NCBI GenBank assembly: GCA_049968235.1
Contig: JBMFRC010000001.1
Coordinates: forward strand, 192,001-256,000
Length of the DNA: 64,000 nt
Direction: 5' to 3'
Origin: Candidatus Hydrogenedens sp.
GTDB lineage: Bacteria > Hydrogenedentota > Hydrogenedentia > Hydrogenedentales > Hydrogenedentaceae
Numbering within the stretch: position 1 is the first letter of the stretch; every line of letters starts with the position of its first letter. This document shows, one piece after another, positions 43,210-52,667 of this stretch. Under the pieces are notes generated by a model. That model saw only the letters and a list, made by a program, of their open reading frames with translations, was not told the origin of the DNA and searched no databases. The position numbers and the translations under genes were made by a program.

Positions 43210-44667
43210 TTATATTCTGGACGCATTTAACGGGCGGACAACATTAAGTTCCTTAGCCGCTTTAACTTCATCTAACCGTTGAACGGGCGTAGTTACAGGT
43301 GCTTTTCTCAATTCATTCGGGTTGTTTTTTGCCAGTTCTGATAATTCCAGCATCGTATCACAAAACCGGTCCAGAGTTTCCTTTGTTTCTGTCTCTGTGG
43401 GTTCAATCATTAATGCTTCTTTTACAGTTAATGGGAAATAGACTGTTGGTGCATGAAATCCACGGTCAAGCAATGCTTTGGCAAAATCTAAAGCCCTTAT
43501 TTCCCAATCATGATAAGGCATAGCGGTAAGCACACATTCATGCATACATAAACGGTCATAAGCAGGTGGAAAAGCAGAACGAAGTCGTGATAACACATAA
43601 TTGGCATTGAGAACTGCCTTTCGGCTGACTTCCTTCAGTCCTTCATTCCCTTGCATCAAAATATAGACATAAGCACGTACTGCAACTACAAAATGACCCA
43701 AAAAGGGTGCCGACTTACCAATGCTATTTCTGGGGTATTCAAGGCTAAAACCATTACCGTCATTCTTTATTACTCTGGGACCCGGCAAGAACTCCATTAA
43801 TCGTTCATTAACTCCAACGGGACCCGAACCAGGACCACCCATTCCGTGAGGAGTTGCAAAAGTCTTATGAAGATTAAAATGCATCACATCAAACCCCAAA
43901 TCTCCGGGTCGGCATTGTCCTATAATAGCGTTTAGATTGGCACCATCGTAATAAAGCAGTGCATCGTGTTTATGAGCAAGGTCAGCAATCTCATGAATAT
44001 CTTTTTCAAATAAGCCATGTGTATTCGGGCAGGTCAACATAATACCAGCAACCTCATCGTTCATAACTTCACGGAAATGATTTAAATCTAAAGTCCCTTG
44101 TGAATTAGAGGGAACCTCCTGCACCTGAAAGCCCGCTATCGCCGCACTGGCAGGATTTGTCCCATGAGCAGAGTCGGGTATAAGTATTATTTTTTTGTGC
44201 GTATTTTTATGGTATTTATGATAAGCGGACATCATCAATACGCCGGTCAATTCCCCATGTGCCCCTGCCATAGGTTGGAGAGAAACAGCACACATACCTG
44301 AAATTTCACTTAATAATTGTTCCAGATGATACACCAATTCCAGAGCACCTTGAATACAGTCAAGATATACTTCCGAATAGAGTAATTGTGGATGTAATTG
44401 GGTAAATCCTGCAAGGGATGAAACTACATCTGCAATTTTAGGATTGTATTTCATTGTGCAGGAACCTAAGGGATAAAAGTTTGTATCTATCCCCATATTT
44501 CTCTGTGAGAGATGTGTAAAATGACGGACAACATCCAATTCTGAAACTTCAGGAAGTTCTGCGGATTTTTGTCGCTTTAATTCTTGAGGAAATGGAACAT
44601 TCAGTTCCTTTTTGTTGCGAAAAGAGAACGCCTGCCGATGATTGCATTTTTCATAAATCAAATCCAT
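43210..44667 (-). CDS. gcvPB: glycine dehydrogenase (decarboxylating) subunit 2
   Basis: 485 aa; PLP-fold with NLHKTF lysine motif; follows gcvPA. Confidence 0.9.
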   Translation of the reverse strand: MDLIYEKCNHRQAFSFRNKKELNVPFPQELKRQKSAELPEVSELDVVRHFTHLSQRNMGIDTNFYPLGSCTMKYNPKIADVVSSLAGFTQLHPQLLYSEVYLDCIQGALELVYHLEQLLSEISGMCAVSLQPMAGAHGELTGVLMMSAYHKYHKNTHKKIILIPDSAHGTNPASAAIAGFQVQEVPSNSQGTLDLNHFREVMNDEVAGIMLTCPNTHGLFEKDIHEIADLAHKHDALLYYDGANLNAIIGQCRPGDLGFDVMHFNLHKTFATPHGMGGPGSGPVGVNERLMEFLPGPRVIKNDGNGFSLEYPRNSIGKSAPFLGHFVVAVRAYVYILMQGNEGLKEVSRKAVLNANYVLSRLRSAFPPAYDRLCMHECVLTAMPYHDWEIRALDFAKALLDRGFHAPTVYFPLTVKEALMIEPTETETKETLDRFCDTMLELSELAKNNPNELRKAPVTTPVQRLDEVKAAKELNVVRPLNASRI

Positions 44668-44680
44668 ACAATAATTACTC

Positions 44681-46054
44681 CTATGAAATATTTATCTGAA
44701 TAAGTTCGGCGAGCCTGTCTAATTCTTTTTGTGTCCTTTTCTCCGTTACCGCTATAAGCAAATCGCCCTCTTCTCCATAACTATTTCCATTTATATCTTT
44801 ATAAGTCATTTGTTGTTTACAATGTTTTAATAAAGGTTTCAAAGGTATACCGGGCAATATCCCGCTTTCCTTAATTTTTGCAATAACTTTTTCCGCCGGG
44901 ATAGGAAGACGTACAACAAATTCATTGAAAGTAGGTTGAGAATTTACTATCGGTACAAATACACTTAATTTCTTTTTCAGATATTCTGTTTTGGAGTAGC
45001 AATCCTGAGCCACTTCTATCAATCCCTGCTTTCCTACTTCACATAGATAAATCAAAGCACGCAAAGCACATAATGCTTGATTGGAACACACATTTGACAT
45101 GGCTTTTTCGCGTCGGATATGTTGTTCCCTTGCCTGTAAAGTGAGAACAAAACCGCGTTTCCCTTGTTTATCAACTGTCATCGCACATATACGCCCGGGC
45201 ATCTTTCGGATATACTCCTTCTTTGCTGTAAACAATCCTAAATAAGGCCCTCCAAACCCTAAGGGTAATCCTAAACTCTGTCCCTCACCCACAGCAATAT
45301 CTGCCTCCATCTCACCGGGTGTCTTCATAATGCCTAGGGCAATAGGATAAAATTGGATTATCATAAGGGCAGATGCGGAATGGCATTTCTGGGCAAGGGC
45401 AGTGAAATCATGTATGTTTCCAAAAAAATCAGGCGTCGCACCAACAACACAAGCACAACCTTCAGGTTCATCTCCATATTCTAATTCCAATTCAAGGTTT
45501 GCCGTGTGGGTGCGTATCATCTGTTCGTAAATGGGATTTAACCCCGGTATGATTTTTACTTTTCGTTTGCCGGTAACACGAACTGCAAGCATAATTGCTT
45601 CAAATAGGGCTGTTCCGCCGTCATACAAAGAAGCATTTGCTACTTCCATATCTGTCAACCGGCACAAAGCAGTCTGATATTCATAAATGGCTTGAAGTGT
45701 TCCCTGTGAACATTCCGGCTGATAGGGAGTATAGGCTGTAGAAAATTCTCCCCGTTGAGCAAGGTAATCAACTACCGCAGGGATATAGTGGTCATAAAAA
45801 CCACCACCGATAAAAGAAATACAATCCGTCTCATTTTTTTTACTTAATACTTCCAGATGTTGATATGCTTCTATTTCTGATAAACCTTCGGGGATGTTCC
45901 AGGATTGTAATCTAAGGGATGGAGGTATATCTTCAAATAATGAATCAACCGACGAAACACCAATGGTTTGCAACATTTCTTGTTCATCTTTTTGAGTTAC
46001 AGGAATCCACGCCATAATATATTCCTCAAACCATATTAACTTTAATAAAAACAA
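44681..46054 (-). CDS. gcvPA: glycine dehydrogenase subunit 1 (start possibly Met ~46015)
   Basis: 457 aa; P-protein N-terminal half, operon position. Confidence 0.88.
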   Translation of the reverse strand: MFLLKLIWFEEYIMAWIPVTQKDEQEMLQTIGVSSVDSLFEDIPPSLRLQSWNIPEGLSEIEAYQHLEVLSKKNETDCISFIGGGFYDHYIPAVVDYLAQRGEFSTAYTPYQPECSQGTLQAIYEYQTALCRLTDMEVANASLYDGGTALFEAIMLAVRVTGKRKVKIIPGLNPIYEQMIRTHTANLELELEYGDEPEGCACVVGATPDFFGNIHDFTALAQKCHSASALMIIQFYPIALGIMKTPGEMEADIAVGEGQSLGLPLGFGGPYLGLFTAKKEYIRKMPGRICAMTVDKQGKRGFVLTLQAREQHIRREKAMSNVCSNQALCALRALIYLCEVGKQGLIEVAQDCYSKTEYLKKKLSVFVPIVNSQPTFNEFVVRLPIPAEKVIAKIKESGILPGIPLKPLLKHCKQQMTYKDINGNSYGEEGDLLIAVTEKRTQKELDRLAELIQINIS

Positions 46055-46109
46055 ATTTCCTTCTGGATGAAAATATCAAGATTCAAATGTGATAATTTTA
46101 AACAACAGA

Positions 46110-46490
46110 TTATAATGATTTGAGATATTTCTCGTATGCTTCACGGTTCATCAATCGGCGATACTGAGCGATGTCAATATCATCCATCTTGAAGCACCAA
46201 CCTTTACCATAGGGGTCAAGATTAATGAGTTCAGGTTCCCCTTCTAATGCCTCATTAACCTCTACGATTACACCTGTAACAGGGGCATAAATATCCTCTG
46301 CCGCCTTTACAGATTCTACCTGTGCCACAGGTTCCTTTTGTCGAACATGTCTGCCCACTTCGGGTAATTCGACATAAGTAACATCGCCCAATTGCTCCTG
46401 TGCATACTCCGAGATACCTACAATATACAATCCATCTTCTTCCCCAATCCATTCATGATTTTCTGTATAGCGAACATCCTCTGGATACAT
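46110..46490 (-). CDS. gcvH: glycine cleavage system H protein (lipoyl carrier)
   Basis: 126 aa; lipoyl-lysine motif ESVKAA. Confidence 0.9.
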   Translation of the reverse strand: MYPEDVRYTENHEWIGEEDGLYIVGISEYAQEQLGDVTYVELPEVGRHVRQKEPVAQVESVKAAEDIYAPVTGVIVEVNEALEGEPELINLDPYGKGWCFKMDDIDIAQYRRLMNREAYEKYLKSL

Positions 46491-46553
46491 AGCATGTTCT
46501 CCTTATTTGTTGTTTGGGGCGTTAAATTTTTTTACATTTACACAACACATTTA

Positions 46554-47639
46554 TTATAAGACCTTTTTTCGGGCAGTTCCGTTTGGATAAATGGGGACAT
46601 TACATACCTCAACCTGTAAAGGACGTCCTGCAACCTGCAGAACTGTTCCGGGGATAGCGACCTGTTTATCTAACATAGCTAAACCGACACCAACTCCAAC
46701 ACTGGGGCCATAGGTACCACTGGTAACCTCTCCTACCTCGCTACCTTGAAAGACAAGTTTCTGATTGTGCCGGGGTGCCTGTCGCGTATGCGTTTTTATT
46801 CCCATTAGAACACGATAGTCGCCCCTGTTTTTTTGTTGCAAAAGAAAATCTTTGCCAATAAAATCGTGTTCCCAATCAATGAATCGGTCCATAGAAGCCA
46901 TTAATGGAGTTGTGCCGGGAAGGATATCCTGCCCATTTAAGGGATAACCCATCTCTGTTCGTAATGTATCACGGGCTCCCAGTCCACACGGCTTTACCTC
47001 TGAATGGGATACTAACTTTTCCCAGATGTCAGCACCTATGGATAGGGGAAGATAAAGTTCATAACCTAACTCGCCGGTATAGCCTGCACGTGTTATTATG
47101 ATATTTTCATCTTTCCATTTTAATCTCCCACCTGTCCAATACTTTAATTCTTTAATTTGTGAATTGAAATCTGATTGAAGCAGAACATCTAAGCTTTTAG
47201 GTCCCTGAATATCTATTTTCACAGTGCGTTGACTAATATCTTCTGCATGAACATCAGAATTACATAATAAAGCAGATACCTCTTCTAAAGGTCCCGCATT
47301 AGTTATCACAAATAAAGTTTCATCATCTAATTTAATCCCCACACAGTCATCAAGGATAGAACCGTCAGGGTTTAATAGTGCAGTATATCGGCATTTTCCT
47401 ACAGGAAGAGGTAAAAAATCACCACAAGTGAGAAATGAAAAATGAGCAATTTTATCCCGACCATGGATAATAAATTCTCCCATGTGAGAACAATCAAAAA
47501 TACCCGCGTGGGAACGGACATGTAGGTGTTCCGCAATAATTCCTTCAAATTGAATGGGTAAATACCAGCCATGAAAATCTACAAACCGCCCGCCTGATTT
47601 TTCACAACACTCAAAAAGTGGAGTCTTCTTCAAATCCAA
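46554..47639 (-). CDS. gcvT: aminomethyltransferase (glycine cleavage T protein); TTG start with AGGAG SD 7 nt upstream
   Basis: 361 aa GcvT-like; codon at 47639..47637 is TTG. Confidence 0.88.
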   Translation of the reverse strand: MDLKKTPLFECCEKSGGRFVDFHGWYLPIQFEGIIAEHLHVRSHAGIFDCSHMGEFIIHGRDKIAHFSFLTCGDFLPLPVGKCRYTALLNPDGSILDDCVGIKLDDETLFVITNAGPLEEVSALLCNSDVHAEDISQRTVKIDIQGPKSLDVLLQSDFNSQIKELKYWTGGRLKWKDENIIITRAGYTGELGYELYLPLSIGADIWEKLVSHSEVKPCGLGARDTLRTEMGYPLNGQDILPGTTPLMASMDRFIDWEHDFIGKDFLLQQKNRGDYRVLMGIKTHTRQAPRHNQKLVFQGSEVGEVTSGTYGPSVGVGVGLAMLDKQVAIPGTVLQVAGRPLQVEVCNVPIYPNGTARKKVL

Positions 47640-47716
47640 TGAACTTCTCCTATGAGTGACAACACATTTAATTATATGTTATTATGGTATTCAATTATGA
47701 TTAAATAAACGAATTT

Positions 47717-47796
47717 TACGCCCAGGCGAACGGCGCCTTTTATGGTTTTGTCGCTCCCTTGTGGTTTATTCCACTTAAATCGCCAGTTGCGACACA
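47717..47796 (-). ncRNA. candidate ZTP (ZMP/ZTP-sensing, pfl motif) riboswitch in gcvT-folD operon leader
   Basis: minus-strand sequence GUCGC-AACUGGCGA-[P2 GUGG aauaaa CCAC]-AAGGGAGCGAC-(linker)-AGGCGCCGUUCGCCUGGGCG reproduces the conserved pfl segments ACUGGCG, P2 hairpin, GGGAGCGAC closing P1, and 3' CGCCUGGGC hairpin. Confidence 0.55.
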
Positions 47797-47990
47797 TAAA
47801 CATAATCTATTATATCAAAATATAACCTTAAACTTCAAGAATTAGTTCTCATAACAAAATTTTATAGTGAAAAAATATAAAATTAAAGTTTTATATGGCA
47901 AATAATTTTATAAAAAATCTTTAAATCTTATAAAAAGCAGGATTTACGGATAATCAAAGAATACTCTATCTAATTTAATAAGAGGAAGTT

Positions 47991-48752
47991 ATGATTAAAC
48001 AACAAGAAAAGAATAATAACCATAACCCTGAAATGGATTTACGACAAAGGGGAGAAATTTTCCGACTGTTTAATCGAATTGCTCGTAAATATGATATAAC
48101 AAACCATTTATTATCTTTTGGTCAGGATGCTCATTGGCGAAGGGAACTTGTTCGTCAAATTCAGATAGAAAAAGGACAGGATTTTTTTTTATTAGACCTT
48201 GCAACAGGGACAGGAGAGGTTATAAAAACTTTTCGAGAATTCTTTCCTGATTTGGGTTGTGTTATTGGAATAGACCTTTCCGTAGGGATGATACGGGAAG
48301 GGATGGAGAAACTTCCGAATAATACACAGAAGCACTTATTTGCTGTTATGGATGTTCTATATCCGGGCATCAAATCCGAGACCATCAATGTAGTAACAAT
48401 GGCTTTCGGAATACGCAATGTATCAGAAGTTTCTCTGTCATTGAAAGAAATCTACCGTGTATTGAAACCCGGAGGACAGGTATTAATTCTTGAATTTGGT
48501 CTTCCCCAAAAAGGGTTATGGAGAACGATATACCTATTTTACTTGCGATATTTGCTCCCATATATAGGTGGTTTCTGGACAGGTTGCCCTTCTGCATACC
48601 GATATTTAAGCGAAACAATATGCAAATTTCCTTCTCATAATCACTTTTCTTTATTATTAGAAGAAGTAGGTTTTACAAATGCAAAATGGACAGAATTCAA
48701 CCGCGGTGCTGTATTGTTATACACTGCCAGTAAACCCGGTAAAAGCGAATAA
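47991..48752 (+). CDS. ubiE: demethylmenaquinone/ubiquinone C-methyltransferase
   Basis: 253 aa; UbiE/MenG family sequence (LDLATGTG motif I, FGIRN, PGGQVLILEF). Confidence 0.85.
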   Translation: MIKQQEKNNNHNPEMDLRQRGEIFRLFNRIARKYDITNHLLSFGQDAHWRRELVRQIQIEKGQDFFLLDLATGTGEVIKTFREFFPDLGCVIGIDLSVGMIREGMEKLPNNTQKHLFAVMDVLYPGIKSETINVVTMAFGIRNVSEVSLSLKEIYRVLKPGGQVLILEFGLPQKGLWRTIYLFYLRYLLPYIGGFWTGCPSAYRYLSETICKFPSHNHFSLLLEEVGFTNAKWTEFNRGAVLLYTASKPGKSE

Positions 48753-48928
48753 CTACATATTAAAATTTCTAAATAAACACATCATCTTTTAGAAAACTGT
48801 TCCCAATTTACTCGATAATAAAATGGATAATATTACAACATTTATCCTCCTGACGCATATAAATTGATTTCTTTTATAATTAATTAGGTACAATTTCTGA
48901 ATTACTTCGCAAAAAAATCTTTGTTAAT

Positions 48929-49684
48929 TTAGAATTTTGGCGTTTCTATAGATAAAAATGGCAATAACTCCTGTCGTGTTTCCTCAATGGTATGTAATTT
49001 CCCGTTATGTGCACATAAGAAATCCTGACATTTCTTAAAATAATCTGGATTTTCAATATAATTATTAATCAAATTTACTTGTTTTTTTGCATCATAAATC
49101 AACTCATGTGCAATATTCCCTTGAGAGAAATATACCTTATCTATTCTTCTTCGGTATCCTGAAAGAACACGGATATAGAACATTAAATTAATTCGACGAA
49201 AATAACCATCAGGAACCCGATTTTGAATACATATCTGGTCATATGCTTCGTCTATATCATCCGCATGGAGATTGGTAGCAAGAATATGACCGTAATCTAA
49301 TAGTACAAAATAGTTTTGCAATGCGGAACCCCAGAGGTATGCAAACCAATGTCCTGCTCCAATCTCATGACATATATAACATTTTTTCTTATTAGTAATC
49401 CCCTGTTTTATTCCTTGTTTAATTTCTTGTTCTGAGGCAGATACAAGTTGGACATCTATCGGAACAAAATTCAGTAAAGCACCCATTATTGTTGTTTTTC
49501 CTGCTCCCCCCGGATTGGCGCCTACAAGGAACGATGCCCCCTGACTAATTCGATAAAGGGCAAAACTGGCTAATTCTATATTTAGTGTTTCTCGTTCTAA
49601 CAGGTCAAAAATGGAGAACATTCGTCCTCCTCGTTGATTACACCGATTAATTTCATTACAATGCAAAATAACTTCTGCTTGCAT
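48929..49684 (-). CDS. uncharacterised P-loop NTPase
   Basis: 251 aa; Walker A GANPGGAGKTT near N-terminus; no further family motif recognised; gene is an island between two AT-rich spacers. Confidence 0.5.
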   Translation of the reverse strand: MQAEVILHCNEINRCNQRGGRMFSIFDLLERETLNIELASFALYRISQGASFLVGANPGGAGKTTIMGALLNFVPIDVQLVSASEQEIKQGIKQGITNKKKCYICHEIGAGHWFAYLWGSALQNYFVLLDYGHILATNLHADDIDEAYDQICIQNRVPDGYFRRINLMFYIRVLSGYRRRIDKVYFSQGNIAHELIYDAKKQVNLINNYIENPDYFKKCQDFLCAHNGKLHTIEETRQELLPFLSIETPKF

Positions 49685-49933
49685 AATAACCTCTTCTATC
49701 TATATCTATGTTTATTTTTCAGGATATTTTACTAAAATTTAATATCATGTTAATGATTTCTTAAAAAACTATAACAGAATAACTTTTAAAATACCTTATT
49801 TTTTTAGAATAAATTATGAAAAGAAAAAAGTTTCAACAAAAGAGGTTTTATCATATTTTTGTTTTTATCAGCTATAATTTATTATTTTATTATTATTCTA
49901 TTTTTATTAACATTAAAATAAGGATTAACTAAA

Positions 49934-51727
49934 GTGAAAAATTCTATGCTATTTAAAGGTTTTCAAGGAAAACTATTGTTCGGAGTAATTTTAACATACA
50001 TAATATTAATTATTATTCAGAGTATCTTGTTCTTTTACGGTAAAAATTTGGCTGAGTCTCTTTCAAAAAATATAAATACATCGGCAGAGGCGAGTCACCA
50101 ATTTAACGAGTTCTGGACAGTAATAGATAGTTTTATATCTAATAGGACTCCGATTTCAGAAATAGAAAACAAAAAAGAACTTATAATAAAAAATGATTTC
50201 TTCATCCCTTTCAAGAAAGAAATTGAAGATATACTACAACTCTGTTCGGAAATTGACACAATACGGAATAATAATTTACAGATAAAAGCTGATGTCAAGA
50301 AAACGGCTGATGAAAATATATTGCAATCTGATACTTACATTAATGAAGTGGTAAAAAGACTTACAGACCCGGCAGAAGAAGGTAAAGTAACCACATTAGA
50401 AAAGTTGGTTATTGTTGGGGCTTTAATAAATACAACCACTAATTACAAATTACTCAATATATCCGAAAGATTATCTTATGACTTTACCGCCCGAGAAGAG
50501 ATTATGAACTTTTTCAAAGTTTTGTTTGAAAATGTGGATAGAGATATAGAGAGATTAAAGAATACAGATTTTGCACAACTACCTGTAAATGCCAAAAAAG
50601 CAGGATTATTAATGAATGAACTAACGGTCAAATATATTGGTAATTTAGAAATTTTAGACCAGAAAATATCTTCCTTAAATCTCATAGGTCGAGATACTTT
50701 TACAAAAATTGAATCTGCTCCTATTCAGTTGGGGAAAGAGAGTATGCTAAAAATCATTAGAACTACGAGAAATAATATTATAATAAGCGTAAGTATCATT
50801 CTTATATCCGCTTTCATTATTTTGTATGTTATTCGAAAAGTAGCAAAAGATATATATGAAATTACAGATACTCTTCGGGAATCTGCATTATCTGTTTTAT
50901 CCGTGGTTCAGGAGTTAACAGGAGGAAGTCAAATCCTTGCGGAATCTACTTCTGAACAGGCAGCATCCATTGAAGAAATAACCTCTACACTCGAAGAACT
51001 TTCCTCTATCGGGAAGAAAAGTGCAGACAATTCTTTCAAAGCAAATCAAATAATCCAGAACGAATTAGTAGAGATTAAAAAAGTGGAAGATTCCATTAAG
51101 AGTTTGAGCACATATATGAAAGAAGTGGAGAATGTCAGTTTTGAGACATCTAAGGTTATAAAAACAATTGATGAGATTGCATTTCAGACAAATCTTCTTG
51201 CATTAAATGCGGCTGTTGAAGCGGCAAGAGCGGGTGAAGCAGGTGCAGGTTTTGCCGTAGTTGCAGATGAAGTTCGACATTTAGCAATGAAGGCTGGTGA
51301 GGCGGCTCAATTAACATCATCTCTTATTGGACAGACTGTAGATAAAGTTAAACAAGGTAGTGCCATTACCAATAATGCATCTGAAAATTTCCAAAAAATG
51401 GTGGAAGGGGTTCTTGTGGCTTCAAATATAATGGAAGAAATAACAAATACTTCCGCATCTGCCTCTAACGGGATTGCTCAGGTCACGAAGGCAATAACAG
51501 AAATTGATAAAGGGACACAGCAAAATGCCGGTGTTGCAGAAGAAAGTTCTTCAACGGTTGAGAACTTAAAATCAGAAGTTCAGATACTCTACCAATCTAT
51601 GGGAAAACTGGCACAATTAATAGGTCAAAAAATAGAACAAAAACAATCTGTCAATATTAAAAGAAAAACTTCCTCATCAACTATCGATGCTTTGATTTCT
51701 CTACCTAAAAATGACACGAGTAAATAG
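49934..51727 (+). CDS. methyl-accepting chemotaxis protein
   Basis: 597 aa; N-terminal TM + periplasmic region, second TM, highly conserved signalling domain [27 protein letters not shown]. Confidence 0.88.
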   Translation: MKNSMLFKGFQGKLLFGVILTYIILIIIQSILFFYGKNLAESLSKNINTSAEASHQFNEFWTVIDSFISNRTPISEIENKKELIIKNDFFIPFKKEIEDILQLCSEIDTIRNNNLQIKADVKKTADENILQSDTYINEVVKRLTDPAEEGKVTTLEKLVIVGALINTTTNYKLLNISERLSYDFTAREEIMNFFKVLFENVDRDIERLKNTDFAQLPVNAKKAGLLMNELTVKYIGNLEILDQKISSLNLIGRDTFTKIESAPIQLGKESMLKIIRTTRNNIIISVSIILISAFIILYVIRKVAKDIYEITDTLRESALSVLSVVQELTGGSQILAESTSEQAASIEEITSTLEELSSIGKKSADNSFKANQIIQNELVEIKKVEDSIKSLSTYMKEVENVSFETSKVIKTIDEIAFQTNLLALNAAVEAARAGEAGAGFAVVADEVRHLAMKAGEAAQLTSSLIGQTVDKVKQGSAITNNASENFQKMVEGVLVASNIMEEITNTSASASNGIAQVTKAITEIDKGTQQNAGVAEESSSTVENLKSEVQILYQSMGKLAQLIGQKIEQKQSVNIKRKTSSSTIDALISLPKNDTSK

Positions 51728-51811
51728 CACAATATCCTTCGATTTTTTTTCGTAAAGAATGGTTTCTGTCCTATAGTCCTGATTATTTCTCTGATACAAT
51801 AGAAATATCCA

Positions 51812-52585
51812 GTGTTAATTACAATAAAGTGCTTTTATATGGGTTTCAATCGTATTGCTAAGTTTTATCCACTGCTATTTGATGAAAAGGCTCGATTAAC
51901 ACGAGAAGGCCCCTTGTTGCTGGAAATCCTAAAACAATATAGACGACCTGTACATGTGTTAGACCTTGCCTGTGGTTCGGGTGTACATTCTCGATTCTTT
52001 GCAGAACAGGGAGCAGATGTTATCGGGGTAGATGTTAGTCCTGACATGTTAAAATATGCAAAAAAGCAAAGCCAATCGGAAAGTATTCATTATATTGTAG
52101 GCAATATTGTTAAATTACCCCTTATCGGGCATTGGGATTTTATTCTATGTCTTGGCAATTCTCTATGTCTGTTGCCTGACAGGAAACATGTCTATGATTT
52201 CTTTGCTCAAATAAAAAACTTACTATCATCTCATGGAACATTTATTTTACAAATTCTCAATTACAGTCATCCCGATATAAAAGAAATACAAACAAAATGT
52301 ATGCAAAAAGAAATAGATGGTAAAAAAGTAACTATTATCAAGACATTAACCCCGGACAATGATGTAGTTTTCCTTTCTATTAATTATTTTGCCCAGGTTC
52401 AAGGGAAGTATGAATTATTCAGTGAATCAAATATATTATTAAAACTTTCATTATCCGAATTGTTAAATTACTCTAATGAAGTTGGTTTATCCGTTCTATC
52501 TACTTATGGAGATTTTCAAAAATCAACTTTTAATTCCACAACGAGTAAGGATGTAATAATTATTTTTTCCAGGAAATTCTATTGA
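51812..52585 (+). CDS. class I SAM-dependent methyltransferase
   Basis: 257 aa; VLDLACGSGVHS motif I, DVS motif II. Confidence 0.75.
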   Translation: MLITIKCFYMGFNRIAKFYPLLFDEKARLTREGPLLLEILKQYRRPVHVLDLACGSGVHSRFFAEQGADVIGVDVSPDMLKYAKKQSQSESIHYIVGNIVKLPLIGHWDFILCLGNSLCLLPDRKHVYDFFAQIKNLLSSHGTFILQILNYSHPDIKEIQTKCMQKEIDGKKVTIIKTLTPDNDVVFLSINYFAQVQGKYELFSESNILLKLSLSELLNYSNEVGLSVLSTYGDFQKSTFNSTTSKDVIIIFSRKFY

Positions 52586-52667
52586 AAAAGTGAATTTATT
52601 TTAATTGTTTTTGATATACTACTTTCTTTAATAAATAGCAAAGTGAAGTAATAAAAGGAAATAGCCT

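Noticed and set aside
47716-47748. Plus-strand hairpin AGGCG-aacgg-CGCCT followed by TTTTATGGTTTTG looks like an intrinsic terminator
   Set aside because: No plus-strand gene ends upstream of it, since the gcv operon is on the other strand. The same bases form the 3' hairpin of the ZTP-like element on the minus strand, which explains them better.
47640-47990. Expected glycine riboswitch upstream of gcvT
   Set aside because: The hallmark segments (GGAGAG, ACCGAAGGGGCAA, CUCAGGCAAAAGGAC) are absent on either strand. The structured patch matches ZTP-type segments instead.
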